Below are positions 38,868 through 48,665 of a DNA stretch of 64,000 nt, piece by piece. Within the stretch, counting starts at the first letter, position 1. Every line of letters begins with the position of its first letter. The position numbers and the translations under genes are program-made. Source of the DNA: Abditibacteriaceae bacterium (GTDB lineage: Bacteria > Armatimonadota > Abditibacteriia > Abditibacteriales > Abditibacteriaceae). The notes below the pieces were generated by a model. The model did no database searches and was not told the DNA's origin. It saw only the letters and a program-made list of their open reading frames with translations. The stretch is taken from positions 2,528,001 through 2,592,000 of the forward strand of contig OZ255721.1 in assembly GCA_965277285.1 (NCBI GenBank), read 5' to 3'.

Positions 38868-39047
38868 TGAAAATATCGAGTACTCGATTTGCTCTTTCGT
38901 TTTGATGAGACACAGCGGCTTCGCCTGCACGGATTGAACGGATAAGCACAGATCGAAATCAAACCGAGTAAAATCCATGTTCATCCATCCAATCCGTGTC
39001 GGCGAAGCCGCCGTGTTCTAATTTGAGACAACATTCCCAATAGATTG

Positions 39048-39542
39048 ATGAACGAACTTCCGACGTGGCGTATCTGGCCGGTTTTGTTGATAGCGTTCGC
39101 GCTGCAAACATCGTGGCTGGCGCGCTTTCAGATTGGCGGCACGCATCTCGATTTACCACTTCTCATCGTGATTTCGGTCGCGCTCATTTTGGGCTGGCGC
39201 TGGGGCAGCGTCGTTGGCCTCGTCGCAGGTTTGGTGACGGGTTATGTGGTGGCGAAGAATCCAGGTTCGTTCGCGTTTAGTCGTTTGGTGGTTGGCGCTC
39301 TTCTGGGTTTGGCGGATCGCGGCGCGGTCAGCGACAATCCTCTGGTGCCGCCGCTTTTGGCCGCTCTTGGAACATTATTGGCCGATGGCATTGTCTGGCT
39401 GATGGCGCCGACGGATTTTTCGGTTTCGTGGTGGCTGCATCACACACCGATTCGCATGGCACTGCACGCATTTCTCATCTGGCCGCTGCATTGGCTGTTA
39501 TTACGCTGGCTCAAACCACCTTCCAGGCTGATGTTCGGCTGA
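39048..39542 (+). CDS. mreD: Rod shape-determining protein MreD
   Basis: Hydrophobic 164-aa protein directly after mreC. Confidence 0.75.
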   Translation: MNELPTWRIWPVLLIAFALQTSWLARFQIGGTHLDLPLLIVISVALILGWRWGSVVGLVAGLVTGYVVAKNPGSFAFSRLVVGALLGLADRGAVSDNPLVPPLLAALGTLLADGIVWLMAPTDFSVSWWLHHTPIRMALHAFLIWPLHWLLLRWLKPPSRLMFG

Positions 39543-39575
39543 AACTTGCGCCATCGAGTACTCGATTGATTCGAC

Positions 39576-40076
39576 TTAATGCGCAACGCCGCGTTTGTGC
39601 TTCTCGAAAATCTCCAACATTCGTCCATAAGAATTCGGATATAAATAAGCAAAGCGTTCGTGATTCTGCATTGCGAAATTCCTTGCATCGCCCGACGTAA
39701 TGATGCTCAATGTCGTGACCAATTTTGTGCCGCGATAAAATTCGCAACGATACTGCTCCGATGGATAGGGTCCAGGTGTCAGAGGAAAAAAACTTCGGAT
39801 TTTGCTTGGCAAAAGGAGAGAATCCACAAAATTGCGCGCTTCTTTTCCTTGCAACACGAAATGCTCTCCCTCAATATACGTATCATAAGAACCGGTGAAA
39901 AAGCTGACTTTCACTTGTGTTGTTCCATCCAATTGGCGCCGTAATGTAATTGTGTCGGACGATAAACCGATACCCTGTCTCCACCACACCGCGAGAAACA
40001 AAATCAGCGCAGGCAAAGAAGCCCACTTCAGTATTTTGCGCCAGCCGCCCGATTTGGTTTTCGCTTTGATTGTCAT
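39576..40076 (-). CDS. Hypothetical membrane-anchored protein
   Basis: SD GGAG, N-terminal TM, AT-richer than neighbours. Confidence 0.6.
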   Translation of the reverse strand: MTIKAKTKSGGWRKILKWASLPALILFLAVWWRQGIGLSSDTITLRRQLDGTTQVKVSFFTGSYDTYIEGEHFVLQGKEARNFVDSLLLPSKIRSFFPLTPGPYPSEQYRCEFYRGTKLVTTLSIITSGDARNFAMQNHERFAYLYPNSYGRMLEIFEKHKRGVAH

Positions 40077-40190
40077 CGTATCTCCGCGTATTTCTTCGTT
40101 CCACAAATCGTAGCACAATCTTATCGAGTACTCGATGAGCGCGTTAAACTGTGGCGCAGTCCATCAAATTTCAGCCAACTTCCTTGCATT

Positions 40191-41966
40191 ATGCTCGCAC
40201 CTTCTTACCCAATTCCTCAATCCAGCCGACTTTTGCCGCCTAAAGTTAAGCCCGAAGCGCGTTGGCGCACGCGCACTTCTGTCAACGCCCAGGACGCGCA
40301 GATCGCGCAACTTTGCGATATTTCGCCGGTCACCGCCGCCATTTTACGCACGCGCGGACTGGAAACAATGGAAGCCGTCAATTGTTTTCTCGAACCCGAT
40401 TTGTGCGGGCTGCACGATCCAAATCTGTTGCCCGACATCGAAATCGCGGTCGAACGCTTGCATCGCGCGATTGAAAATAAAGAGCCGATGCTGGTTTATG
40501 GCGATTACGACGTGGACGGCGTGACTTCGACCGCGATGCTGATGCGCTCGCTGAAAAGTCTGGGCGCCAATGTCGTTTGCCGCATTCCCGAACGCAAAGG
40601 CGAAGGCTACGGTTTGAACGTGTGGGCGATGGACGAAATCGCGGCTCAAGGCATCAAGTTTATCCTCACGGCGGATTGCGGCATCCGCGATTGGGAAGCG
40701 GTGGCGCGCGCCAATGAATTGAAGATGGATGTCGTCGTGACCGATCACCACGAACCAGGCCTGAAGTTGCCCAAAGCGTTGGCGGTTATCAATCCAAAAC
40801 GCGCCGATTCGACATATCCGTTTCGAGAACTGAGCGGCTGCGGCGTCGCGTTCAAGTTGATGCAGGCGTTGTTGCAAAAACATTGGCCGCGCCACCTCGA
40901 TTCGTTCTGGGACAAGTTCGTCGAGTTCGCGGCGATGGCGGCGATTGCCGATTGCGTGCCTTTGGAAAACGAAAACCGCATTTTGGCGCGCGAAGGTTTG
41001 CGACGTTTGGCCTCGACACAAAAACATGGCTTGATCGCGCTGAAGAAAGTCGCCGGTTTGCGCGATGGAATGGCGACATTGCGCGGCAGCGATGTCGGTT
41101 TTCGCATGGGACCACGCTTGAACGCGGCGGGTCGCTTGGATTCGGCGACCAAAAGTTTGCAGCTTTTGATGGCTATGAGCGCGATTGAAGCCGATGAATT
41201 GGCGGCGCAATTGGAAGAGTTCAACGTGTTGCGGCGCGAAGTGGAAAAGCGCATCGTCGATGAAGCGTGCAAAATCGTTGAAAGCGATCACGATCTGACG
41301 CGCGACATGGCGATTGTGGTGTGGAGCGAAGGCTGGCACGGCGGCGTTGTCGGCCTGGTCGCGTCTCGCCTGACCGACAAGTTTTGCCGTCCCGCTCTGG
41401 TTTTTAACCGCGACGGCACGCACGCGACTGGCAGCGGACGAAGTTTCGGCGATTTCAATCTGCACCAGATCATCGAAAAAAATAAGAAGCTCATCGTCAA
41501 AGGCGGCGGTCACGCGGCGGCCTGCGGCATGACGGTGAAAAGCGATGATTTGGAAGAACTGCGCAATCGAGTACTCGAATTGGCCAGTCAGCACATCAAA
41601 GTCGAAGATTGCGTGCCTTTAGTTGAAGCCGATTGCGAAGTTTCAGGACGCGATTTGACGCTGCAATTGGCGCGCGATCTGGAAAAACTGGAGCCGTGCG
41701 GCATGGGCAACGAAGAAGCGCGCCTGATGCTGCGCGGCGTTCGCGTTCTCGACGGCAAAGGCATGGGCAAAAATGGCGAGCACTTGAAATGGTTTTTGGA
41801 AGCCGATGGTGTGCGCCTGGAAGCCGTCTGGTTTCGTCCCGGCGAACGCGCCGCCAACATGGTCAAAGATTCCGTCGTCGATTTGTGTTTTGTCCCTGAA
41901 CTGAACGTGTGGAACGGCCAAACCAAACTGCAATTGATGGTCAAAGACGCGCGCTTGAAGAAGTAA
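40191..41966 (+). CDS. recJ: ssDNA exonuclease RecJ
   Basis: YGDYDVDGVTS, TADCG, TDHH, PRLNAAGRL, GSGRS, GGHAAACG. Confidence 0.96.
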   Translation: MLAPSYPIPQSSRLLPPKVKPEARWRTRTSVNAQDAQIAQLCDISPVTAAILRTRGLETMEAVNCFLEPDLCGLHDPNLLPDIEIAVERLHRAIENKEPMLVYGDYDVDGVTSTAMLMRSLKSLGANVVCRIPERKGEGYGLNVWAMDEIAAQGIKFILTADCGIRDWEAVARANELKMDVVVTDHHEPGLKLPKALAVINPKRADSTYPFRELSGCGVAFKLMQALLQKHWPRHLDSFWDKFVEFAAMAAIADCVPLENENRILAREGLRRLASTQKHGLIALKKVAGLRDGMATLRGSDVGFRMGPRLNAAGRLDSATKSLQLLMAMSAIEADELAAQLEEFNVLRREVEKRIVDEACKIVESDHDLTRDMAIVVWSEGWHGGVVGLVASRLTDKFCRPALVFNRDGTHATGSGRSFGDFNLHQIIEKNKKLIVKGGGHAAACGMTVKSDDLEELRNRVLELASQHIKVEDCVPLVEADCEVSGRDLTLQLARDLEKLEPCGMGNEEARLMLRGVRVLDGKGMGKNGEHLKWFLEADGVRLEAVWFRPGERAANMVKDSVVDLCFVPELNVWNGQTKLQLMVKDARLKK

Positions 41967-41978
41967 TCGAGTACTCGA

Positions 41979-43292
41979 ATGAATATGAACGGCGAACAAC
42001 AGCACCAGGTTTTCTTTGGCGATTCGCGCTGCATGAGCGAAATCGCCGATGCGTCAGTGCAATTGGTCGTAACTTCGCCACCGTACTGGCAATTGAAAGA
42101 TTACGGCAGCGAAGGCCAAATCGGTTTTCATCAATCTTTGCCCGAATACATTCAAAGTTTGAATGAAGTCTGGCGCGAATGCTATCGAGTACTCGATTCC
42201 GGTTGTCGCCTGTGCGTCAACATTGGTGATCAGTTCGCGCGTGCGGCGCACTATGGTCGCTACAAAGTTATTCCGTTGCATCAAGACGTGATCGCCGGTT
42301 GCGAAACGATTGGCTTCGATTACATGGGCGCCATCATCTGGCAAAAAGCAACGACGATGAACACGTCGGGCGGCGGCGCTGTGATGGGTTCGTTTCCACA
42401 TCCACGCAACGGCATTCTCAAGATCGACTACGAGTTTATTCTGCTCTTCAAAAAACTGGGAAATGCGCCCAAAGTATCGCCCGCGAAAAAAGCCGCCAGC
42501 GCCATGACAACAGCCGAATGGAATCAATATTTCAGCGGACATTGGAACTTCAGTGGCGAAAAGCAGGGCGACGGACATATCGCGATGTTTCCTTTGGAAT
42601 TGCCGCGTCGCTTGATTAAGATGTTTTCGTTTGCGGGCGAACGAGTACTCGATCCCTTTTTAGGAAGCGGAACCACGATTCGCGCGGCGATGGAACTGGG
42701 ACGCGAAGGCGTCGGCTACGAAGTTAACCGCGATTTCGCGCCCATTATTCGCAAGAAACTGGGCGTCGAACACCATGCGCTGTTCACTTGCGACAACGTT
42801 CTTTTTCAAGAAAGTCAAGCACGTTCGGTAGAAGTTGAACGTGTTCTAATCTCCCCGCATGAATCGAGTACTCGATTCATGGAACGACAAGTTGACCCCA
42901 AGCAGTTTCGTTTTGGTTCAATTATTGAAAAGGACGACGCGCAAAAGCCGCGACAGCGTGGAATGAAAGTGACGCGTATTTTGCAGCCTGATCGTTTGCG
43001 AACCGCAGATGGCGGCGAAATACAACTTTTGGGAATTAAACCTTTGCTGGAAAAAACCGAGCAGGCTTTGTCCTATTTGCACGAAATGGTCTTGAATGAA
43101 AATGTATTTTTGAAGTTCGACGACAACATCAGCGCGGAAAATGGCGCATTGCGCGCTTATGTTTATCTGGGAAACAAGACTTTCATCAACGCCAAACTCA
43201 TCAAATACGGCCTGGTCGAAGTCGATTTCGAGGCGCAACATCGGCTTGCGCAAAGGTTCCGCGCTTATCAAACCGGAAAAAATAATGTCTAA
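41979..43292 (+). CDS. Beta-class N4-cytosine/N6-adenine DNA methyltransferase with a C-terminal SNase-like domain
   Basis: VTSPPY precedes VLDPFLGSGTT; the C-terminal ~115 aa resemble the thermonuclease fold (LRAYVYL..TFINAKLIKYGL). Confidence 0.88.
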   Translation: MNMNGEQQHQVFFGDSRCMSEIADASVQLVVTSPPYWQLKDYGSEGQIGFHQSLPEYIQSLNEVWRECYRVLDSGCRLCVNIGDQFARAAHYGRYKVIPLHQDVIAGCETIGFDYMGAIIWQKATTMNTSGGGAVMGSFPHPRNGILKIDYEFILLFKKLGNAPKVSPAKKAASAMTTAEWNQYFSGHWNFSGEKQGDGHIAMFPLELPRRLIKMFSFAGERVLDPFLGSGTTIRAAMELGREGVGYEVNRDFAPIIRKKLGVEHHALFTCDNVLFQESQARSVEVERVLISPHESSTRFMERQVDPKQFRFGSIIEKDDAQKPRQRGMKVTRILQPDRLRTADGGEIQLLGIKPLLEKTEQALSYLHEMVLNENVFLKFDDNISAENGALRAYVYLGNKTFINAKLIKYGLVEVDFEAQHRLAQRFRAYQTGKNNV

Positions 43293-43917
43293 AGAATGGA
43301 TTCTTAATGCCGCGACAAACCGCTTTCAATTGAACTTCAAACGCAACGTTGGCGCGGTTGCCGAAGAAATTCGCAAATGCGAGCCGAAGACGTTGGACGA
43401 TTGGCAGAACTATTATTTCCAACAGCTTTACTCCGAAGAACACTTGCGCGATTTAGGTCAAAAACTTTACGTCAAAATCACTGAAGTCATTCAATCGGAA
43501 GTCGCTTCCATCAGCGAAGACGATTGCATCACTTACATTCGCAATCTGGTTATCGATCGAACTTTCGCCGGTTATCAAACTGAGAAAACCACGATTTACG
43601 AGCAATTGCAACAACTTTTAGGTGTCACTATTGAAGCTGCACCAGACAAATGGGATCGTTCGTTCAACGTCGATTTCTTCATCCAAATCGGCGAACGTTT
43701 TATCGGCTTGCAAATCAAACCTGTCACGTTTTTTAACGCCAATGAATATTACAAATGGCGCGATGTGCAGCGCGAAACGCACGCCAAATTCACGCAGCAA
43801 TTTGGCGGCAAAGTCTTCACTGTTGTCTCAATGAAACAAGGCGACGCCAAACGAATTGCTAACCCAGAAGTTGTGTCCGAAATTCAAGAGGAAATCGCGC
43901 GCCTTGCCGCTTTATGA
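43285..43917 (+). CDS. Putative type II restriction endonuclease, MjaI-like
   Basis: Overlaps the MTase stop; PD-(D/E)xK-like D..FNVDFFI...IGLQIKP; family assignment from memory. Confidence 0.7.
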   Translation: MSKEWILNAATNRFQLNFKRNVGAVAEEIRKCEPKTLDDWQNYYFQQLYSEEHLRDLGQKLYVKITEVIQSEVASISEDDCITYIRNLVIDRTFAGYQTEKTTIYEQLQQLLGVTIEAAPDKWDRSFNVDFFIQIGERFIGLQIKPVTFFNANEYYKWRDVQRETHAKFTQQFGGKVFTVVSMKQGDAKRIANPEVVSEIQEEIARLAAL

Positions 43918-43940
43918 AAGCAAATCGAATACTCAAATGT

Positions 43941-43974
43941 CAAAAGCACAACGATTAAGTTCGTTGTGCTTTTG
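43941..43974. terminator. Bidirectional terminator
   Basis: CAAAAGCACAACGA-TTAAGT-TCGTTGTGCTTTTG between convergent genes. Confidence 0.7.
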
Positions 43975-44028
43975 TATTCGTTTCGTTGGAAACTCCACAT
44001 TATCAGTGTAGCGCTCTGGCAAGTTGAC

Positions 44029-45435
44029 TTAAGCCAACTTGCCGCTTAAGTCATATTCGCTGGCGCCACTAATTTTGACTTGCACGAAACTGCCTGGTGG
44101 ATTGGCTTTGCGCTCGCGTGGCGACATCTTGACGAAAACGTTGCCGTCGATGTCGGGCGCGTCGCGGAAACTGCGGCCAATCGTTCCGCCAGGTTCTTCA
44201 TTTTCCAACAGAACATCCAGCGTTTTGCCGATGTAAGCGCGGTTCTTCTTCAGCGAAATCTTCTGCTGCAAAGTCTGCAAAACGTGATAACGCTCGTCTT
44301 TGGCTTCTTGAGGAACGCGGCCATCCAGCCCGAAAGACAAAGCCGTATCTTCGTCTGAATACTTGAAGACGCCGATGCGGTCGAACTTTTGTTCGCGCAC
44401 GAAATCGCACAATTCCTGGAACTGTTCTTCGGTTTCGCCTGGAAAACCAACGATGAAGCTGGTGCGAATCGACAACTCGGGATTGAGTACTCGAAAACGA
44501 TCCAGAAGTCGCGCGTAACTTTCGGCGTGACCGCCGCGACGCATTCGCGCCAGAACGGTTTTATTGGCGTGCTGCAGCGGAATATCCAGGTAGCGCGCGA
44601 CACGCGGACTGGTGCAAATCGCTTCGATGAACTCGTCGTTGACTTGCGAAGGATACGCGTAAAGTGTGCGAACCCATTTCAATTCTTCGATTTTTGACAG
44701 TTCTTTAATCAGCGCGCCCAGCGACCATTTCTGGTACAAATCCATGCCGTAGCGCGTCGAATCTTGCGCGACAAGCACGATTTCCTTGACACCACTTGCC
44801 GCCAGATTGCGCGCTTCCGTGATGATGCTTTCTATCGGGCGCGAGCGAAACGGGCCGCGCAAGCTGGGAATAATGCAGAAACTGCAACTGTGATCGCAGC
44901 CTTCGGCGATTTTGATGTACGCCGTCCACGGCGGTGTGGCGCGTACGCGCGGCGTCACATGATCGTAAACATAGGCGTGCTGCCTGGTCGGCGTCACGCT
45001 CAATTGAATCAAGCCATTTTGCGGCATTCGTAGCGTCGTCGAACCATGGAGCGGCGTATCGAGTACTCGATTGGGGTCGATTAAGCCATCCAACGTCGAA
45101 ACGATTTGCGGAAAATCGGTCGTGCCCAAAATCGCATCGACTTGCGGCACGCGCATCTTGATCAATTGCGCGTCGCGTTGCGGCAAACATCCTGTAGCGA
45201 CGACAACTTTGCAGCGACCGCCATTTTCTTTATGGCGCGCCACATCGCTGAGGGTTTGCAGGCTTTCTTCAACTGCCGCGCCCAGAAAACCGCACGTATT
45301 GACGATGATCGCGTCCGCGTCCGCCACATCGGTCGTCAGCGAATAGCCGGCGCCCTGCAACAAACCCAACATCACTTCGCTGTCCACCAGATTCTTGGAA
45401 CAGCCCAACGAAACTAAACTTACGTTTTTTTGCAC
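44029..45435 (-). CDS. rimO: Ribosomal protein S12 methylthiotransferase RimO
   Basis: SLGCSKNLVDSE, NTCGF, AEGCDHSCSFCIIP radical SAM motif, DAPDIDG TRAM domain. Confidence 0.95.
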   Translation of the reverse strand: MQKNVSLVSLGCSKNLVDSEVMLGLLQGAGYSLTTDVADADAIIVNTCGFLGAAVEESLQTLSDVARHKENGGRCKVVVATGCLPQRDAQLIKMRVPQVDAILGTTDFPQIVSTLDGLIDPNRVLDTPLHGSTTLRMPQNGLIQLSVTPTRQHAYVYDHVTPRVRATPPWTAYIKIAEGCDHSCSFCIIPSLRGPFRSRPIESIITEARNLAASGVKEIVLVAQDSTRYGMDLYQKWSLGALIKELSKIEELKWVRTLYAYPSQVNDEFIEAICTSPRVARYLDIPLQHANKTVLARMRRGGHAESYARLLDRFRVLNPELSIRTSFIVGFPGETEEQFQELCDFVREQKFDRIGVFKYSDEDTALSFGLDGRVPQEAKDERYHVLQTLQQKISLKKNRAYIGKTLDVLLENEEPGGTIGRSFRDAPDIDGNVFVKMSPRERKANPPGSFVQVKISGASEYDLSGKLA

Positions 45436-45749
45436 AATTGATAATTATACAACACACCTGCTCTGTTCCGATTCCTTGTTGGAAAATTCGCCATCGAATA
45501 TACATGGCCTTTGAGCTTGTCGCCAAACTTATCGCCGTGAGCAGCGGAGTGTTTCGGTTTATAGTTACGCTTTTTTCGTTCTATAGGAATTCGGTTAGAA
45601 GCGCGGCCTTGCGGACTCGATGAAGGCAATTAACAAACTCACAAAGAAGTCTTTTCCTATAACAATGAAAAGCGCGCCCGAATCGAGTACTCGACGGGCG
45701 CTTTTCATTGTTGATAGGAAGTAATTTACAGCGTCTTTCTGTTGGCGTG

Positions 45750-45845
45750 AAATCGGCCACTATGCGCTTGAGTCGAACGTTTTCCTCTTCGAGTTGCTTG
45801 AGTTGACGCAATTCATCTTGTGTCTCCATAACGGCAACCGCACCA
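45750..45845 (-). pseudogene. IS3-family OrfA remnant
   Basis: ELRQLKQLEEENVRLKRIVAD, the typical IS3 OrfA zipper; no OrfB present. Confidence 0.6.
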
Positions 45846-45861
45846 AATCTTTGACCAGTCT

Positions 45862-48588
45862 TCAAAACAAGTGCGACAGCAATTTTTGGATTCCCTGACG
45901 CAACGCATCCAAGGCATTGATAAACCCACTTGTCCAACTTGTCGAGGAATTGGTGTTTGTCAGTGCTGTTGATGCCGTCGGTATCGCATGTAAAGCGTTT
46001 CCATTCGGCGCGGCGTTCGGCTCGTTATAGACTTCGATTTCTCGAATTGTGGCCTGATGGTAGCCGGTTTGTCCTCCTGCGTCCTGCACCATTTGCAGCG
46101 CGCCGCCACCGACCGTGACAGCATTGATCACCAGACGAATCTTGCCGCTCGTGACAGGCGCAAACGAATGCGAAAACACGTCGCGGTCGGAATAAAACTG
46201 ATCGACTTTGGAACGCGCAAAAGGCGTCCACACTTTGAAGGTCTTGGCCGGTTCCACGATGTGATCGAGCGGTGTCCAAACGCCATTTTTATCGTATTGC
46301 AGTTCGTAATCGAGCAGCGAACCGCCCGCTTGCCACGGCACAGCCGCATAAACGAGTACTCGATTGAAAGTTTGAACTGAGGGCAAATCAATTTCTACCG
46401 TCAGCGGATGCGCGGCGCTGATTTCCTTCTGGTTGCTTGTCCACGCATAATCGGCGTTGGTTTGATTGAGATACCACGTTTCCAATTCGCCATTGACAAG
46501 TTTCGCCGGTGAGTTTTCGATCTGCGCGCCCGCGGGATGCGTCGAGTCGCCGCTCGCCGTGACAGTTGACTTTAAGGCCAAATCTGCGCCCCAGTCAGTC
46601 GGCGCGACATCAACCGTTTGGCCTGTCGCCAGTTCCACGTAAACCGGCACTTCGGGAACCGTCAGCGCCAGGCGATTTTTGATTGGCGTTCGAGTACTCG
46701 ATTCGCCCCACGCCGTCACGATTTTGACAGGATCGTTCGTCGACAACTTGAGCTCGACATTCAGGTCGGTCGCGCCCGTCGATTGAAGCGCTACGACGCT
46801 TTTATCGTTGCCCTTGAAGACACTGCCAAGAAGGAGATTGTTGCCCGGCGTGCCGAAGTCGAGAGCGCGCTGGAAGCTCGTTCCGAACAATTCTTCGCTC
46901 CACACGCGCATCAATGGCGCGGCAGGATTGAGGCTACCATCGTCGTTTTCGAGCCAGGCCGGAACGTCCCAGAAGCCGTGGCTTTTGTCGTACCACAAAT
47001 GATCGTGTTCCTTGGGAATGCCTTGTTGCTCGAAAATCATCTTCTGCAGCATCGTCCAGCGCCCGTTGAGGCGCGGTTCATACGCGCCATAAACCGCGGT
47101 GAAATAGCCTTGCTCGGTTTGCCATTTTTCGATGTTTTGCAGACCGTATTTTTTCAACAAAGCGTTCAAACCGGCAAAGGATTGGCGCGCCAGTTCCGCA
47201 TCGCCGTTGATCGCGTTGTAAGCGTGAAACGAAAAAGCGTCTATGCTATCTTTGCCGCCAGCCTTGAAAAAGTCATCGGTCCAGCGCAACGTCGCGGGCC
47301 GAATATCGACCGTTCCCGGCCCCAAAACTTTCAAATTCCGATTGACACTTTTGACCACATCGTAAAACGGCTTCATTTCGTTGATGGCGAAGTCGTGGCC
47401 GCTCGCGCCAAAGTTCGGCTCGTTGCGCGGCTCCCAATATTGCACATCGTGTTGAAAGTGAGTGACAATTTGGCGCACCGCATCCAGGTTTTTCGTGCCG
47501 TTTGAAAAGGCGATCATCAAAGGTCGCGGGCGGGCGGCGTCGCGCCCAACATACAACTCTTTGGCGATTGCGATGTCGTGATCGAGACGTTGAATGGAGT
47601 CGGCTGTCGTCTTGTCGCTGCTGACATCGGCGGCGTATCGTTCAGGCCCGGAAGCCAGCACACTTTGCAACGCCGTGTTCTGGCCGCCATCGGCAGAAAG
47701 CAAGCGATTGTTATCGAAATAATTACCCGTCAAACCATCGCCGACTTCGGTTGTATTTCCAACTGAAAATAAGTGGGCCGTAGGAATAACGACTTGTCTG
47801 ATGGTCGATGTGTGCCAACGCAATTGAGGCGCGTTGCTTGAATACTGGCCTTGCGCATAGGTCATTTCAACGTCGTATTTTTGTCCGGCTTTCAACGTCA
47901 CCGAGCCGTTGTTCAAGCCCTTGCTGCTATCGACAACTGTGACGCCGTTCACTTTGACAAGCGCGCCATCGTTGCTGCCAGTCGAGAAATCGTAACTTTC
48001 ATTGGAGACCGCTTGAAGTTTTCCTTTCCATTCGACGCGATAACCTGTGGCGGGTAAACCAGGTGCGGGCGAGTTGGTGCCCCAGGCAAAATCAATCGTT
48101 TTATCGACGCGCGTCAAGGTTTTGTCTTGTACGAGCAAAGGTGGAAAATCGGGAAAATTGGCATCGTGGCGAAAAATGCAGAAGGTGGTTCCGCCGACGC
48201 TCGACCCGAAATCTCCGCCCTGATCGACACTGCCAAACAAGTAAAGTTTGTACCAGCCCGCAAGCGAAACTTTGAGCGTCACAGTCTCGCCCGAGACAAC
48301 GCCAGAATCGACCAAATCGCCCACGTAATTACGGACTTCGTAACGTATCGCGCCCTTATCGAGTACTCGATCTCGGACTCGAAACTCAACAGGCTTTCCC
48401 ACATAAAACACGTTGTGAACGTGGCCGGAAACCAGCTTGACAGCGGTTGGCGGTTGCCCGTCAACAAACCCGGCGCGCGCTGGATTCGGGCACAAACTGC
48501 ATACCACTATCGCACACAGCAAAGAAATCGGGGCCACAAAAGAAAGTTTGCGACGTCGCAAGAAGTTAGTTTTTAAGTTATTTCCCAT
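45862..48588 (-). CDS. Large secreted clan GH-A-like glycoside hydrolase with PA14 and C-terminal discoidin-like domains
   Basis: Signal peptide; RVDKTIDFAWG (PA14); WEPRNEPN, FSFHAY, WQTEQG. Confidence 0.7.
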   Translation of the reverse strand: MGNNLKTNFLRRRKLSFVAPISLLCAIVVCSLCPNPARAGFVDGQPPTAVKLVSGHVHNVFYVGKPVEFRVRDRVLDKGAIRYEVRNYVGDLVDSGVVSGETVTLKVSLAGWYKLYLFGSVDQGGDFGSSVGGTTFCIFRHDANFPDFPPLLVQDKTLTRVDKTIDFAWGTNSPAPGLPATGYRVEWKGKLQAVSNESYDFSTGSNDGALVKVNGVTVVDSSKGLNNGSVTLKAGQKYDVEMTYAQGQYSSNAPQLRWHTSTIRQVVIPTAHLFSVGNTTEVGDGLTGNYFDNNRLLSADGGQNTALQSVLASGPERYAADVSSDKTTADSIQRLDHDIAIAKELYVGRDAARPRPLMIAFSNGTKNLDAVRQIVTHFQHDVQYWEPRNEPNFGASGHDFAINEMKPFYDVVKSVNRNLKVLGPGTVDIRPATLRWTDDFFKAGGKDSIDAFSFHAYNAINGDAELARQSFAGLNALLKKYGLQNIEKWQTEQGYFTAVYGAYEPRLNGRWTMLQKMIFEQQGIPKEHDHLWYDKSHGFWDVPAWLENDDGSLNPAAPLMRVWSEELFGTSFQRALDFGTPGNNLLLGSVFKGNDKSVVALQSTGATDLNVELKLSTNDPVKIVTAWGESSTRTPIKNRLALTVPEVPVYVELATGQTVDVAPTDWGADLALKSTVTASGDSTHPAGAQIENSPAKLVNGELETWYLNQTNADYAWTSNQKEISAAHPLTVEIDLPSVQTFNRVLVYAAVPWQAGGSLLDYELQYDKNGVWTPLDHIVEPAKTFKVWTPFARSKVDQFYSDRDVFSHSFAPVTSGKIRLVINAVTVGGGALQMVQDAGGQTGYHQATIREIEVYNEPNAAPNGNALHAIPTASTALTNTNSSTSWTSGFINALDALRQGIQKLLSHLF

Positions 48589-48665
48589 AAACTATTTCAA
48601 CGCTTCAAAAACCCTTCAAGACTCATCTCGGCCATGACAACCCGCACCTTCAGCTTCACACACGC

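Noticed and set aside
45581..45937. Intact IS3 element
   Set aside because: Only a ~25-codon OrfA fragment; no DDE OrfB or terminal repeats seen
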